Notes under the pieces: model-generated
Database searches by the model: none
What the model saw: only the letters and a program-made list of their open reading frames with translations
Told to the model about the DNA's origin: nothing
In this document: positions 13,689-27,045 of the stretch, piece by piece
Layout: every line of letters starts with the position of its first letter
Numbering within the stretch: position 1 is the stretch's first letter
Translations under genes and position numbers: made by a program
NCBI GenBank assembly: GCA_973851085.1
Contig: OZ316775.1
Coordinates: 8,432,001 to 8,496,000, forward strand
Direction: 5' to 3'
Source: Ptychomitrium polyphyllum
Lineage: Eukaryota
Length of the DNA: 64,000 nt

Positions 13689-16600
13689 ATGGCTGACCCT
13701 CCTGCGATTGCTCGTATGCCATTCGTGCTTGACAACAAGGAGCCGCTGAGTAGAATCAAGGTCTATGTGAGGTTGCGACCAGTTCAAAAGCCCTCTCCAC
13801 TGATCCATGTCGAAGATGAGACTGGGACTATACTAGTCGATGCGGTGAAGTCAAGTGGCGGAGGGCCTCCCCGCAGTATCATCGAGCAGTCTGCCTTCAC
13901 GGTAGACGCCATAGTAAGGGTGAGTTGCCTTATTTTCACACCCGGACCCTGATTAGGGTTTATAGAATGAATCACAATCTACAATCTTAGGACCCATCTG
14001 AAACTTTCATGGAGATCCACCGTAAAACAGTGCATAATCGTTCTGTAAAGGATACCTCGCAGCTAGGTCTATAATTTACAACGTCCTGAAGTCTTTCATG
14101 TATTATCGTAGTATTCCACAGCTTGTATCAACACATGCATTTATTACTAATTATATTTCAAAACTCTTTTATTGGGTCTACAGAAATCTAAGCCTATACA
14201 AGACATAACAATACTTAGGGTTTAAGACAAAGGTTGAATCGCTTCATTGGTCATTCGGTTTTTCATGTGCTGCTCTTTCAACAAGTTCTACAGATTGTAG
14301 ATTGTGTTGTAGGACACAGGTTAGTAATGAAGTTTTTTAATCTTTTGGGACTAATTAAGAAAAAAGTTCTCTTACATGTGTGGGTTTCAGTCAACAAATC
14401 AACAGAGAACCTACGAGCAATGTGCAAAAGCAAGTATTGATGAGTTTTTGAACGGGTATAATACCACTATTGTTGCATTTGGTCAAGTTGGGTCTGGCAA
14501 GACTTACACCATGGCTGGTGACACGAAGGTAACCCTTGGATATAAACACATCCTACCAAAATATGTGTAGAGCTGGGTGTGTTTTGGCTGCACTTCCTGT
14601 ATGTGTTCATAATTTCAGATTAACTTGTCTTGTCCTTGTAACAATAACTGGGGATTTATTGCAATTTCATGATCATTTGAAATCTAGCAAATGAGGGCCA
14701 TCACAGAAAGAAACTTAGATGTCGAATGATATGATGCTTCCTTGTACTTTTCTAACTGTAGTTGGAGAATATTTGTATTTATACTAAACATGTTTGGTGA
14801 ATTTTGTAGTACATCAAGCCATTTTGCAATAGTTTGTTTACTACAGCAGATTGTTTGGGGTGAAGATTCATGTGCATCGAGGGTTTATTGCACGATCAAT
14901 CAGTCAGGTCATGGAGGAAAAACATGCACATCCCAAGGCTGGGATTATTTTGTGGATGTCCTATTTGGAAATTTATGAGGAGGTACAATTCTACTATAAC
15001 TCAATCTATATGAACATGGAGCAGAAACACTCAGTCTAATATTTCAGTTGAGAAGTTGAGCCTGGCACTGTGTAGACTTTGTAGTCTAGCAGCTAATCAT
15101 GGTAGAGGGAATGCAATCCCCAGAGAATATATGACCTTCTGAAACAAAGGAGCACTGACCTGATGATCATTGAAGAAAAAGGCCTTGTAGATGTTAGGGG
15201 TCTCACTAAAATCCGAGTTGAAACTGAAGCACAGGCAATTAAATGGTTCAATGAAGGAGAGAAATTGAGGTCTTACGGACATCACTTATTAAATAAGGTA
15301 ACAAACAATTGTAATATTGGCCTGTTTTATTAGGCCTTATACTACACATCACATAATATTGTACACAACAGTGAACAAAATCATTGGTGGATATAGGAAT
15401 ATAACTACTAATGCTCTAATTTCTGTTGTCATTATTGTATATTGTTCTGAGATTTTGTCTGAGCTTATGCAAGTGCTTGTGTATACTTGCTTTCAAACTG
15501 TGATTAAAATGTATGTCTTTACATTCATCCCATCCCTTCAAAACCTTTAGATGATGTTATTTTCTAGTATTGGACTTAATTAGCCACTTTATTGTAACAT
15601 AATTTGTTAAACGCATAAAATCTTTTTGCAAGAGCATGGACTTTGACCTGTAAGGTTGCATGTATTTTGGGCAGCAATCAAGTAGGTCTCATACCATCTT
15701 CACTCTTTACATGGAGAAGAGAGTAGGAAGATTCCACACGGAATACGACACTATAGTTGCAAAATTAAATTTGGTGGAATTAGCTGGAGTTGAGCGTTTG
15801 AAAAAAACCAACATTGAGAGTGGAGGCCAAATGAGGAAGGAAGCATGCACCATCAACAAATCCATCTCATATCTTGAGACAGTATGTAAACAATAATTTT
15901 CTATGCAATTAAAGGGCATATTAACTTCTTAAAAAATTGCAGCATAATGCATTTTCTTAATAGAAGTATTTGTCACCTAATGTTTATTTTGGACATGATG
16001 GTGAATTTTGGAAATATTCAAAATCTTGAAGACAATAGTGAGTCAATAAAGTTATATCGCTCAGGAAGTGCTACATTTAGGCTCGAATGAAATGATGTTC
16101 TAATTACACCCTTATTTTCATTCAATTTTCCAAATTTCTTCTTTTTAATATTCATTTAAGTTTGGCTTAACTATAATCGAAGCCATAGTGTGGATGTTTT
16201 AGGATCTCACTATGAAATCTAAGTTGTTTCAATTGACCATCCATTGCATTTCAATCGTACATTTGGATTCGGCAATGCGATGCAGGTAGTGTATTATCTC
16301 AGACAAGGGCAAGCTTATGTTCCTTTCCGGCAAGGCAAAGCTTCAATATTGCTTAAAGAATCTCTTGGTGGAAATTGCAAAACGGTTGTGATGATCTGCA
16401 TGTGGTTAGAAGACTGCTTTTATGATGAAACTGTACATGACCAATACCTTACAAATAAAGTATCTGCGTAGGGATTTGGTTTAAAACTTCAATCTTATCC
16501 ATATTCATTGTCAAATGTCATGTAATTTTAGATTGGCTCTAACCGCAGGAGTGATAATACTACTACGCATTTGGCACGACTAAGTCAATCATCTTTTGCA

Positions 16601-19600
16601 GGTTAATTCACTAAGGTTTGCTCAAAAGATTAAGTACCTCAAGACATACCCTTTCTGCAATAAAAAGTTGGATTGTGCCACAGCCACTAAAAGGTTATAC
16701 ATCAAAAAACACACAAACGATGTGCGTCATGTTGTGCTTGAAGTGAGATTTAGATGATTAAGTTAAATGCATCTTAATATGAAGTGTCATCTTGGTGCAA
16801 TTCAAACTTAATGCAATAAGAGGTTCATAATCTCATACTCTAACAAAAACATGGTATGCATTCAACTACAGGCGGCATTTACAACAAATTGCAAACCTTC
16901 AACAAGAGGTAGCTCTCAAGGATGCTTTGCAAGGTCGACCTGGAATTTCTTCAGAGGACTTAACGTAAAGATCTTGTATAGACCTTTGTGTATTATCACC
17001 TTTGTATTTTATACTTTCCTGCAAAATCAATTGTGTGTAACAGTGAATACCCAATAATTTGTTTTAAAAGATATTAGATGCATATTTTGCCAATAATTTT
17101 ATTCCATTATTCCTAATATCTGTGTATGATTTGTTAAAGGAAATTTGTTTTGGATGCCTTATCCTTTATATTATTGATCTGATAATATAAATTGAATGGA
17201 ATTTTTGATAAAGTATATAACATACTGAAAAAATCACAAATTATTTAAGTGCATTCAATTATGTTTGCATTTACTTTAATTTTTGTAACCACGTATTTTG
17301 GTTGTAAAGCCCTTATACAAGCACATTCTATCAAAAGGGTACTTATACTTGTATGATATAACAAGAATTCCATCAGATTCTATATATTATTATAATTGCA
17401 TAAATAATCTACATGTATCTTTAAAATACAATCAATCTTTTTTGAAAAGAAATGTAAGTATTCAAGAATGAATAATTTTATGCTTTATTGTTGTATGATT
17501 GAACAATCTAAAATAACATTCATCATGTAAGTTTAATGAAATATAAAATATTTATTTAGTATCATAACAGCAGATTCAATTTGAATTTACACTAATATAT
17601 TTTAACTTTTTTGATGGCAAAATTTCTGTATTTATATGTTAAGTTTATCATCACAATTTTACTATGTACTATAAAATGTTTAGAGAAGAAATGAAAAATA
17701 AATTTAGAGAAGCAATTCAAGAATTTCTACAAGATGATGAAAGTAATGAAAGTCTTGAAAGAATACCAATTGACAACTTGAAGCAGGTTAATACAAATTG
17801 ATACAAAATAAAACAAGACTTTTTTTTTATTATAATAAAATAAATCAATTTATTATAAATATTTACTCATACTTGTTGTTCAAATGAATAATGTTTTCGA
17901 TTCTAGACTTTTATATGTGAGTTTTTTCTTACACAAATATTTCAAAAGTTAAATGTGAGTTTGCTTGATTTTCATTATAATTATTTGAAATTTGAAGCCT
18001 GTTGTATATCAATAGGTTAAAGAATTACTTTTTCTTTTCAAAGAAGCTCAAAGCCCTTTAATGGAAGAAGTGAGTACTTGTAAACTCAATATTTTAATAT
18101 CCTAAATCTACAACTTTATTAGAAATCTTCAATATATAAAAACACATATAAGTTTCCTAACATCCATCTAATGATTGTTATTTCCTTTCCTAACACGGAG
18201 ATTTGTTTACAAAATATCCACACAAGTTTTTGGAATATGTAAATTTATAAGATCAATTCATTTAGATGTATACAAAATACATTATAAATACATGCAAAGC
18301 TTTTCAAATGCATTGTGCACATATTGGATTTTTAGAGACTTTAATATTGAAATTCACAAAAAACTCATATATTATTGTTGTCTAGAAAAAGCTTTATTTG
18401 TTGATAAAGTTCAACCAGTAGTACTTTAATTTATGTAGAAATTTTTAATACTTGAGTGTATTCTAAACATATGTATTTATACGAAAACGGAATAGTATAA
18501 TAGAATATTGCACGAATATGGTATGGTTCCACCAATTGAAGAACCACCAGCAGAAGAATCTGGTGTCGGTGAGCTGACTATTCATGTAAGTTAAAAATGA
18601 TTAGACTTTTTGATATGTTTTGAAGATAATAGAGAAAGAAAGAAAGAAAGAAAGAAAGAAAATCTTTTAATATAAATGAGTAGTAACAGTATAAACTGAT
18701 TAGTAAAAATAAAAAAAACATTCTACGTTTTACATGATAATTTTCAATATAGATTTCTATCCTTTCAATCTATTTATTTTTGAAAAGCATTCATCCATTT
18801 TGACCTATATAAAACAACAATGAGGCTCACTTCTTAACTTCGTTATAGTACTTAGTGTAGAAATACATGTTCAATACAGTGAATTGCAAAATCGGATTTT
18901 AAAATCAAGAGTTAAAAAACATAATAAAGTTTACTGTATTGAATATGAACAGGGGTTTCATGTGGGTGTTGCTCCACTGGATGCAAAACCATATCCGCCA
19001 AGTAGTGTGGCAAAGGTTAACTGGAAGCCAGATGAAAAACGCTGTGGCCAAGCCATGTTGGATTACAATGAAATGGATCCAAGAGATGATGTTTGGGACT
19101 CTGGAAGTGATCTCAGAAATGATGTACATTTCATTTCTTCTTTTGTTCCTCTGGATGCTTTGCTTTTACTTAATCTAAGTATGTATTTTTCTTTATTCGC
19201 ACCGTGTTCATTTGTTACAGGCCTTTGATGAGTATAAACATACAGTTGCAAAAGGCAGAGAACACGAGGCTATGCTCAAAGTAAAAGAAAGGGAACTGAA
19301 GTATGTCACTAATCCAATTCTCATCATTCGATAAATATATTATGGAATGTAGGAATAAAACTTATAAAATATAGATTATTAAATAATGTTTTGGTTTGTG
19401 TCGTATGAAGTATGTTTTAGTGATGGTATTTATAGTCAATATTAGATTTATAACTATAGGGAGTTACTAGAATTCAAATTAAAGATTTATGACCTTATAA
19501 ATATTGTCATTGTTGAAATTTGTAGAATCAAAAAACAATATGCTAAGGATTTATGTGAAACTTGTAATGACACAAAGCATGAAATATTAACTATTAAAGT

Positions 19601-20816
19601 ATGCATTATTTATATTTTGTTTTATTATTTTTTCACAAATGTTATTGTATACATGCTCCATCAAGTAATTGCAATCTCATAAACACTTCTCAAAAAATCA
19701 TTTAAAATTATAAGATACTATTAATATAATCAATCACCAAGTAAATAAAACAATTGTATCTATATTGAAATGTAATTTTATTTAAATTATTATAAATAAA
19801 TTTGAACTTTAGAAATTTCTCATGTAAAATGGTAAATGTATTATAATTTTTAATTGAAACAAGTTTAATTCCAATACAATAAAAACCATCATATTCATCA
19901 TTTTAGAGAATCGTGAATGAAAAAAAAGATATTGAAGATTTTAGTTTGGATGTAAATAAGTGCAAAACAAATTTATACAAGAGGTTTTAATGACAAACTT
20001 TTGACTTGCAAATAATTTAATGCTTATTCATTTTTCCTAAAATATATCAATGCTATTAAATGATGTTTATATAGTTTTAAGTTTTTGAACTAATCTCTAA
20101 AAATTAAATGAAATTGATTAATTTTTTTTATTATATAATATAAAAATGGATATACATCTAAATTATTAACTTAAATATGTTAACTCAAGAACTTATTCAT
20201 AATTGGATGTTGCAAAAAATTACATAATAAATCAATGCTTAATATTAAATTAAAGTTTTGATTTTTGTAAATGTAGGTTAAAATTTCTTAAAACTCAATA
20301 TCATAAGACTTTTAATGAAGTGCATTTGGTTAAAGATCTCATTGGAAGACTTACACAAGAGGTAAATTTTTATATTAATTTTTCATTTGAAATTATTATT
20401 GAAATATTATTATAATTTGAACCTAATCTCATAAAATAATAATATCACTTATTAAAATTTTCATTTTAAACATTTAAGTTTAAAGTTTGAATACATTTTA
20501 ATCTTTCAATTTCATTAAATATCATAATTGATCAAGTTTGTTAATTTAAATTTTAAATGTTACATATAAACAAGAACTTTTATATTTTTAAGAAGCATTA
20601 TTATAAAATAAAATCCTACAATTTTTAAATTATAATATAGATTATTTTATAATCAAAGTTTAGAATAACTCTTAATATATAATATAACTATTGTTAAAAT
20701 ATTGTATTTTGTATATATACCAGATTAAAGATTGTAAAGAAGATTTTCTTAAATCATTCTATTTATGGTTTAATGCATACAATAAAGAAAATAGCCAAAT
20801 TCAGACATATGTTTAG
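13689..20816 (+). CDS. Kinesin-9 family motor protein (KIF9/KIF6/KLP1-like), 17 exons, ~674 aa
   Basis: Exons 13689-13919, 14391-14528, 14866-14982, 15124-15297, 15675-15881, 16286-16432, 16602-16693, 16872-16964, 17684-17786, 18016-18069, 18496-18585, 18953-19123, 19221-19300, 19526-19598, 19907-19983, 20277-20361, 20724-20816 splice in frame with no internal stop. Motor motifs: IKVYVRLRP, GQVGSGKTYT, SYLEIY, NKQSSRSH, LVELAGVER, VPFRQ, SLGGN, LRFA. KIF9-like neck and tail: LQQEVALKDAL, GFHVGVAP, AFDEYK, F..WF. The last exons are less certain. Confidence 0.85.
18632..18662. repeat. (GAAA)n microsatellite in a kinesin intron
   Basis: agaaagaaagaaagaaagaaagaaagaaa. Confidence 0.9.
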
Positions 20817-23800
20817 CAAGTTTGTAAAATTAAAATTAATTAAAAATATTATTACAATTATGAAATATATACAGATTAAGAGATTTTGAATAACACTTTG
20901 ATTTTTTTAATTTAATATTAAAAATTCAAGATCGATGTTATTCATTGTTATAATTTGTTCAATGATTATCTTAAAGCTACATGTTTTAATGACTAAATGA
21001 ATAATACATCAAAACTATCAATAGCATAACATGCTGTAAAAATGCATTAAATGTGATTCTTAATATTATCAGTAGCGTACTTATTTTCAAGAATTCAGAT
21101 AATAAATCTTTATTTAGAATATACAAAAGTACCTTATGAAGTTATAAAGAATACTAATTTAAAAAAATGTTAAGATTGTAATTTCTATGATTTTTTCTAT
21201 GGTTTTTCACATGTTTTAAATTATTAACATAATTTTTTTGAATATTAAATTTTGAGTCTCATTTGAAATCTTGATTTTTTTTAGATTAAGAATATTAAAA
21301 CTCAATTCAAAAAGACAAATAAATGAATAATTCTTTTGTGATTTTGGTCTCTGTTAAGTGATGTCATTTTATTACATATTCATTTTTCAAAGCAGTGTAA
21401 TATTTTTGGCTATACCACAAAATTTGATATGCATATTTAAACCTTACATTCATCAATTGATGTTGGATAAAAAAATATCCAAAAATCATAAAGCACTTAA
21501 AACCATGAATTATAAATGTAATACTTGTTATTTGTTTTTACAAACCTAATGCACCCATAAACATCCATGCAAATATAGCCAATTTTTACTATTTAAATAA
21601 ATATTGTACTAATAGATGTTTTTCATTTGAGTATTAAGACAATTTTCTTTTTAAGTATTGTACTAATATTTAAATAATATACATTTAAAGAATATTTAAA
21701 TTATTTTTTGTATTAATAGTCTTTTTTATTAAAGACTATTTTATAAAATTTTATTATTCCAAATTTAAAATATTTATTAAGGATCTTTCTTCATCCATAA
21801 TTAATAAAATGAAATTTTCTTTTGATAATAATATAATGCTTTATTTTACATGTACATTATCAAATGATATGCATAATTTGTTTTTTAAGCAAATTTTTAT
21901 AATATTGTAATATAAAAAAAACAGTTTAAAAATGGACATTGAAGTACATAGATGATAATTCCAACATGACTAATTTTTCTTTGGTACACATTTATATGCA
22001 TTTTTCCTTTTTTAGCAAGAATTTTGTGTACATTATTTTTGAAACTTTATCATAGTAGAAGATTTATAAAAATAGTGAAGTAACAACTATGGCATTGCAT
22101 CATTTAATAAACTTTTTGGATTTTGGAACTTATTATTATTGCAATGTTGATCTTTTATATTATAGCTACAAATGATGAAAGAGTAATTTTAACAAAAAAT
22201 TGAGGTTAAAATTTTAAAATTTGCTAATATACGAAATGACTACAACAAAACATGATTCTTTAGGTTTTAGACATCCAAATGAGGATGGTCTATAAACGTC
22301 CATATTATCATTAGACTTCTTAATTAAATTAAAGGTCCAAATGCAAGGTAATTCTAGTATTAGATTGACTATTTTGGAATTTATTTACATAGATAAAGCT
22401 ACTTTTTTGTCCACTATTAAAGAATTGGATGTTGAGGTATTCAAACAATTATACAACTTTAAAAAAATGGCTGCAAGGATTCAAATGAATGAATATATAA
22501 ATCCAAAAAAACTATTGTTATTTGATTTGATTTGGATGGATGTAGATGGAAATTGATAACATACGACAATTAATTTGAAAACACCAAAATAAACCTTTGT
22601 ACTTGATTTCAAAGATATTTGATTGTAGTAGATTATGTATCATTTATACAAAAAACTAAGATAATTATGGCTAAAATGCTAATATTTGAGTATTCATCGT
22701 ATAATTCTTATTTGTACCATAGATTTCTAAGTGCCATTGCCTTTTACTCTGCACCACTAGTTTTGTTTGAGCTTATGATTGAATTTAATTAATTTATAAT
22801 TGGATATGCATAATAATCTATTTTGCGTGGTTTTTTATATGGATTGCTAAAAAAACCACATTTTCTTTTGCATCTTTGTAATCATCAAAGTTACCTCCTA
22901 TTAGGTCTTAGGCCTTTGTTTCATGGAATCTATGAAACTTATACCATCTAATAGAAATTTGATTGTATCCGTTATTCTTCCAAAATAAATTGTTATGCAA
23001 ATTATAACATTGTTGTATTGTAAATGCATATATAGATTAAAATGTAAGTTAATTGTAAGTAAAATTTAAGTTAAATCTTTTATTAAAAATTTTATAAAGA
23101 AAAGATAAAGAAAAAAAAATAGAAGAAGAAAGGGATGAAAGGGGCCAAGGTAATAGCTACAAATATTTTTGCATAGACTTTTATCCTTCTTTCCACTATG
23201 TTCTTCTTTCTTATCTAGAATTTTCTTTTATTGTATTTTTATTATGTATTTTAACTTCACAAAAGATGCATTTTAGGCATTGAAGTTAGAAAATAAGGAT
23301 TAAATGAAGCAATTAAAAAATATAAGGTTTAATAGAAATCAATAATAATAGATAATTGAATTTTGAGTCAAAATGATAAAAAGTTAGAATAATTGGGAGT
23401 AACAAGGATGTAGAGAAGATTACTTTTGAAATATAAGTAGACCAAATGGAGAAAAGAAGTGCTAAGGCCTAAAAGATGAGCAAAAAGAGGTGAGATAAGA
23501 GGAGAAAGGCGGTTGCTTTGTAGTACCAAAATTTGGAGTACAAGAGTTTTGGCTTATATGTGTGTTTGGAGAGGTTTTTGAAAACAAAATTTTAGAAGAG
23601 TATTTTTCAATAAAATGCAAGACATGCTTGCAAAATTTTAGATCTTACTTTGTGCTAGAAAGAAAGATATAAAGCGGCAAAGTGCTAGGGTTTTAAAATA
23701 TTAATAGTAGTGAGGATGAAGTTGGAAAGCTTGGTTCTTTAGTAGAAATTATGAAGGTTAAATTGGAATTTTGAGAATAAAAATTCCACTCCTTCATTAA

Positions 23801-25582
23801 TGATATATTTAAAAATGAGGAGCAAATGAGCCTTAAGATATAAATTATATTAGAAATTACAACTAAAAATTGAGTGCAATGCAGAAGCTAAAAATTAAGG
23901 TGAAGAAAATAATCATTTCTAACTCACTCATTATTCTAATTGCTATGAAATTTGTACTATGATATTGATGAAGTAAAAAACAAGCTTACAAAGGTATTTT
24001 GAAAGAAAAATGTGTGCAAAAAATGTTATAAAAGGCTAAAGTAGAAGAAAGAAACTTGCATTCAGGTTGATTGTTTTGTGAGTCCAAATAGGTAGTTATG
24101 GAATTTCAAGTGGTAAGTTGTAGGTACATGTTGATGGATTAAAATATTTAACAAGTGGATTTGGAAGATTAATACAATTTATTAATGCAAAGTTTTGTCT
24201 AGAATCATTTGTAATAAAAACCCAAAAATTGGCTGCATCAATAATAAAATGTTTACATTTGTGTCTTTTATTTCTAATGTGGTTGTAAATTAAGTTGTTA
24301 CATTGCCACTACCATGTGTGTCATCATCCATGGAATCATTATATGATATTTGAAAAGCTCCATAATTTGGCAATGTTGCTTTTTTATTAAAATTGGTTGG
24401 AAATATTTGCTCACTTTTGCTATTATTCATTTTCTAAATGTGTGTATTGTATTCACATAGAACATTTTTATTATTCAACACACCATTTTTATTCATCATT
24501 TGTCATAATAGAAATATGTTATTGTTGTTGTTTTGAAACGATGATCCATCATTTGACTCAAAAGCATATTGATTAGCTAAATTGGCTAATTCAATGTTTA
24601 ACTAGGCATTATTTAAACGAATTTATACTTCATATTCTAATAGATTGTTAATATTTATTGGATCTTTGTCTTTACTATTCTTGGTGCTTTTTATTTAATC
24701 ATTGAAAGGCACTAAATTGAAGTCTTATAAATGAATGCTTTTTTTTATATCAATTTGATTATTTTCCTTTTTTTCCTCAATTATGAGCTTTAAAGTAGTA
24801 TAAAAATACATTAAATCATCCATCTTTTTTAGTTGAAGTAGAATTTGAATCTTGTTATAGACTAAAGAATAACTATTCTAATTTCTCTTGCAAGGTAAAA
24901 AAAAACATACATGCATTAATATTTCCTTTGTTATTGGCACTATTTTTGCCCAAATGCACTTTTAAAGTTCCATCACATGTGTATAGAGGCATTTGTCTTC
25001 TTAGAATTCAACAAATTTTGAAATTGCTTCCACTGATTCTTAAAGTTTTGATATTCTTCTATATTTCATAGATAGTTGTCTTCATTGCGGAGCTTTGTCA
25101 ACACTTGCTTGCATGCTTCCTTGGCCTTAGCCTTGTTTGTTAGGTCATTGTTGCCCAATAGATATTAATTGCCTCAACGTGATGTGAGTTTACACTATTA
25201 TTTCATCTTATCTACCACATTCAAGTAGAATGGCGGATGTTGTAGCCCAAGCACATGCTTTGTAAAGTTTCAAAAGATTTGTAAGGCTTTTTTTATGCAC
25301 AAAGACTTTCTATGAAAATCATGCAATGCATATACAATTAGCCGCACCATATTGCATAAATTATTGCATGCTAACCAAAATACATTGTCTTTAATTAGCT
25401 TCTTCACTGTCCTTCATATTATGCAATATATATATTTTTTATTCTTCATTCTAGTTGTTAATGTCCTTACACATGCTATCTACTAAGGATATCTGATTGT
25501 GAAATCTAATGCTATTCATGCTTCTAACAAATGGTCAAGCATTATGAAATTTGTTGCAAATTTCATAGTACTAGGAGCCTAG

Positions 25583-26083
25583 TATCACGGATATAGATCA
25601 TGCAGTATAGTCTTTAGAACTTTCTAGAATCTTTTGATATATTATAGTAGCTTTTTAGAATACTTTTAATGTTTCCATAGCTGGTTCCAATTCCTTCGAA
25701 GCTTCTTAGGAAGGTTCCAATATCTTGGGAAACTTCTTGGAAATATTCTATAGACTTCTAGAACATTCTTAAGCCATGTAGGAAGCTTCTTTAGAAATAC
25801 TCTAGGAAATACAAGCGTCATAGTATAAATAGGAAGCAAGACAAGGTATTTCTTAATCTTGCCAACACAAGTTGTGGATCATATTGTATCCTACCTTGTT
25901 CTAGTCTTTATATTAGTTCTTGTTAATCATTAACTCTTTGGAAGCTATTTCTTGGAAAACACTTTGTTTGTGCTTCTTATTTCTTATTTAAGAAAGTTAT
26001 TCTTTGGAAGAAATTGTTGAAAAATGGCAAGTGATATATGCCAATTTTTAATGATTTTACTAATATCTTAGCGTCCTTCACGA
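25583..26083 (+). mobile_element. Degenerate solo-LTR-like remnant
   Basis: Begins tatcacgg (a decayed TGTCACG-type start). Followed by an array of tagaa/ttctag/gaagcttc motifs, then TATAAATAGG at ~25824 and a T-rich 3' part. Resembles the 26610-27045 element in opposite orientation. Boundaries approximate. Confidence 0.5.
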
Positions 26084-26609
26084 CCTAAGCTAAGATATTA
26101 ATAAAATACTTTGTCCATGTAGTTTGCTTCTAATCTTGTAAGAAAATGGTTTGAAACATGAACTTCACATCTTTACAAGCATATATAAGGCCATTTTTTT
26201 GTAAAGTACCTCCTAACACCAACTTTGACAACAACCTTGTTTGTACACACTTGTACAATATTTGTGGGTCCATTTTTAATGTAGCTTGCTATTATGCTTG
26301 GTATATGTTAAAACGCTTCTTTAAGCTAAAGTGTCCATTGTTTGCAAGAAATTGCTCACTTATTAGATACAAAAGCATCATATTAAACAATAGACAATTG
26401 ATTATAGAGATCCAATGGCCAACTAAAATGGTAATTTCAAAATTCTTAATGGTCTTTTAAAGTTTGATATTTGAATGGACTATTATATCTTTTTGTGCTT
26501 GAGTTAAAAGAAACTTCTTGAGGTCCTTGTATGACATAGATTCATATGCCCTTTTGAAATTTTAAGTTTTATCAAGTGGATACTTAAAGGCTTGATTACA
26601 TGCAATAAT

Positions 26610-27045
26610 TGTTAAAGACACAAGAAATGACGAACTAAACAAGAAGTAGTTTCAAGAATTAGCTTTAAAGGAGCTACTTAATTACAAAAATCAGTGCAAG
26701 AACTAAAATAAGGCAATACAGTGGATTTGCTCCACATTTTGTATTGGTAAGAATGAGGTATACTTCATCTTGCTTCTAATTTATACCATGAAGCCTATGC
26801 TTTCAAAGGCACTTTTGAAGAAGCTTCGTATGAAGCTATAGATTGTTATGGAGGTCTATAGAACCTTCTTAAGAATTTTTTTAAAGAAGTGGAAGCTATT
26901 GGAAGCTTCTTAGAAGCTACAAGAAGTTGTTGGAAGTTCTTAAAAATGTATTAAAAGTTGTTAGAAGGTTCTTATAGGTTATTAGAAGTTGCATGAAGGT
27001 TCTTAAAGGTTCTTTAAGAATATATTGTGATGTATGTTCATGACA
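26610..27045 (-). mobile_element. Degenerate solo-LTR-like remnant
   Basis: The minus strand starts TGTCATG and ends ...TTAACA (TG...CA), with an internal gaagcttc/agaagg array. Flanks ataat / atatt are a 4-of-5 match to a 5-bp target-site duplication. Confidence 0.55.

Noticed and set aside
14841..14866. Apparent frameshift in kinesin exon 3 if the CAGCAG acceptor is used
   Set aside because: The AAG acceptor at 14863-14865 restores the frame and gives the kinesin-9-like spacing GDTKIHVHRG, so no pseudogene call is needed.
24990..25560. Possible decayed SWIM/MULE coding remnant on the minus strand (NCIC...LCIK; KAKAKEACKQVL)
   Set aside because: Too many stops and frameshifts to support by eye.
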